From assembly GCF_001194135.2 (NCBI RefSeq), contig NC_068992.1:5892547-5956546 (forward strand): a stretch of DNA of 64,000 bases. Reading direction: 5' to 3'. Below are positions 63,768-64,000 of this stretch, one piece after another; position 1 is the first letter of the stretch, and each line of letters starts with the position of its first letter. Below the pieces are notes generated by a model. It searched no databases. It had not been told where the DNA came from and saw only the letters and a list, made by a program, of their open reading frames with translations. Both the position numbers and the translations under genes were made by a program. The DNA comes from Octopus bimaculoides (Eukaryota).

Positions 63768-64000
63768 NNNNNNNNNNTATATATATGCATTTATATTTAT
63801 GTATATCTATTCTATAAATATATATACATGTATGTGTGTGTGCGTGCGTGTGTGTATATTTGTATATATATATATAATATATACACATATATATTATATG
63901 TATATGAAAACTAACATACACACACGCACCCCCCCCCACACACACACATATAACGTTATACGTCCATTTCTGTATCCAAGCATGTACACACTTGTGTATC

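Larger units (their letters stand above)
2840..63777. other. assembly gaps (N-runs) at 2840-2884, 15338-15607, 20473-20486, 24400-24973, 32673-32833, 38541-39410, 45637-45646, 51697-51706, 52970-53099, 63768-63777
   Basis: Seen directly. Almost all are bordered by (TA)n, (GA)n or (CA)n, as expected for short-read scaffolding. Confidence 0.99.

Overview
AT-rich eukaryotic DNA with very dense microsatellites and 10 N-gaps. The dispersed SINE families and compound (TA)n/(GA)n/(CA)n repeats look like an octopus (coleoid cephalopod) short-read assembly; this is pattern recognition, not a database result. I cannot support any host protein-coding exon, rRNA, tRNA or CRISPR array. The long ORFs in the track are artefacts of N-runs or simple repeats. 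The window reads as intergenic or deep-intronic DNA full of decayed transposons: several tRNA-derived SINEs (one with an exact 18-bp TSD), RTE, CR1-like and R4/Dong non-LTR remnants, an internally deleted Penelope-like element (PLE), mariner remnants and MITEs, and a Tigger-like end. Four things deserve most attention. (1) An ~815-bp fold-back element with ~370-bp inverted arms that I cannot assign to a family (32906-33722). (2) A minimal hammerhead-ribozyme fold with two core substitutions in a probable PLE tail (42658-42703). (3) An R4/Dong element interrupted by a mariner and then collapsed by a deletion (40331-42400). (4) An exact 4x15-bp locally templated repeat at that deletion junction (40714-40805). 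I found no convincing new multi-gene system. TE family calls come from translating by eye and recalling family motifs, so boundaries are approximate unless a TSD or TIR fixes them.
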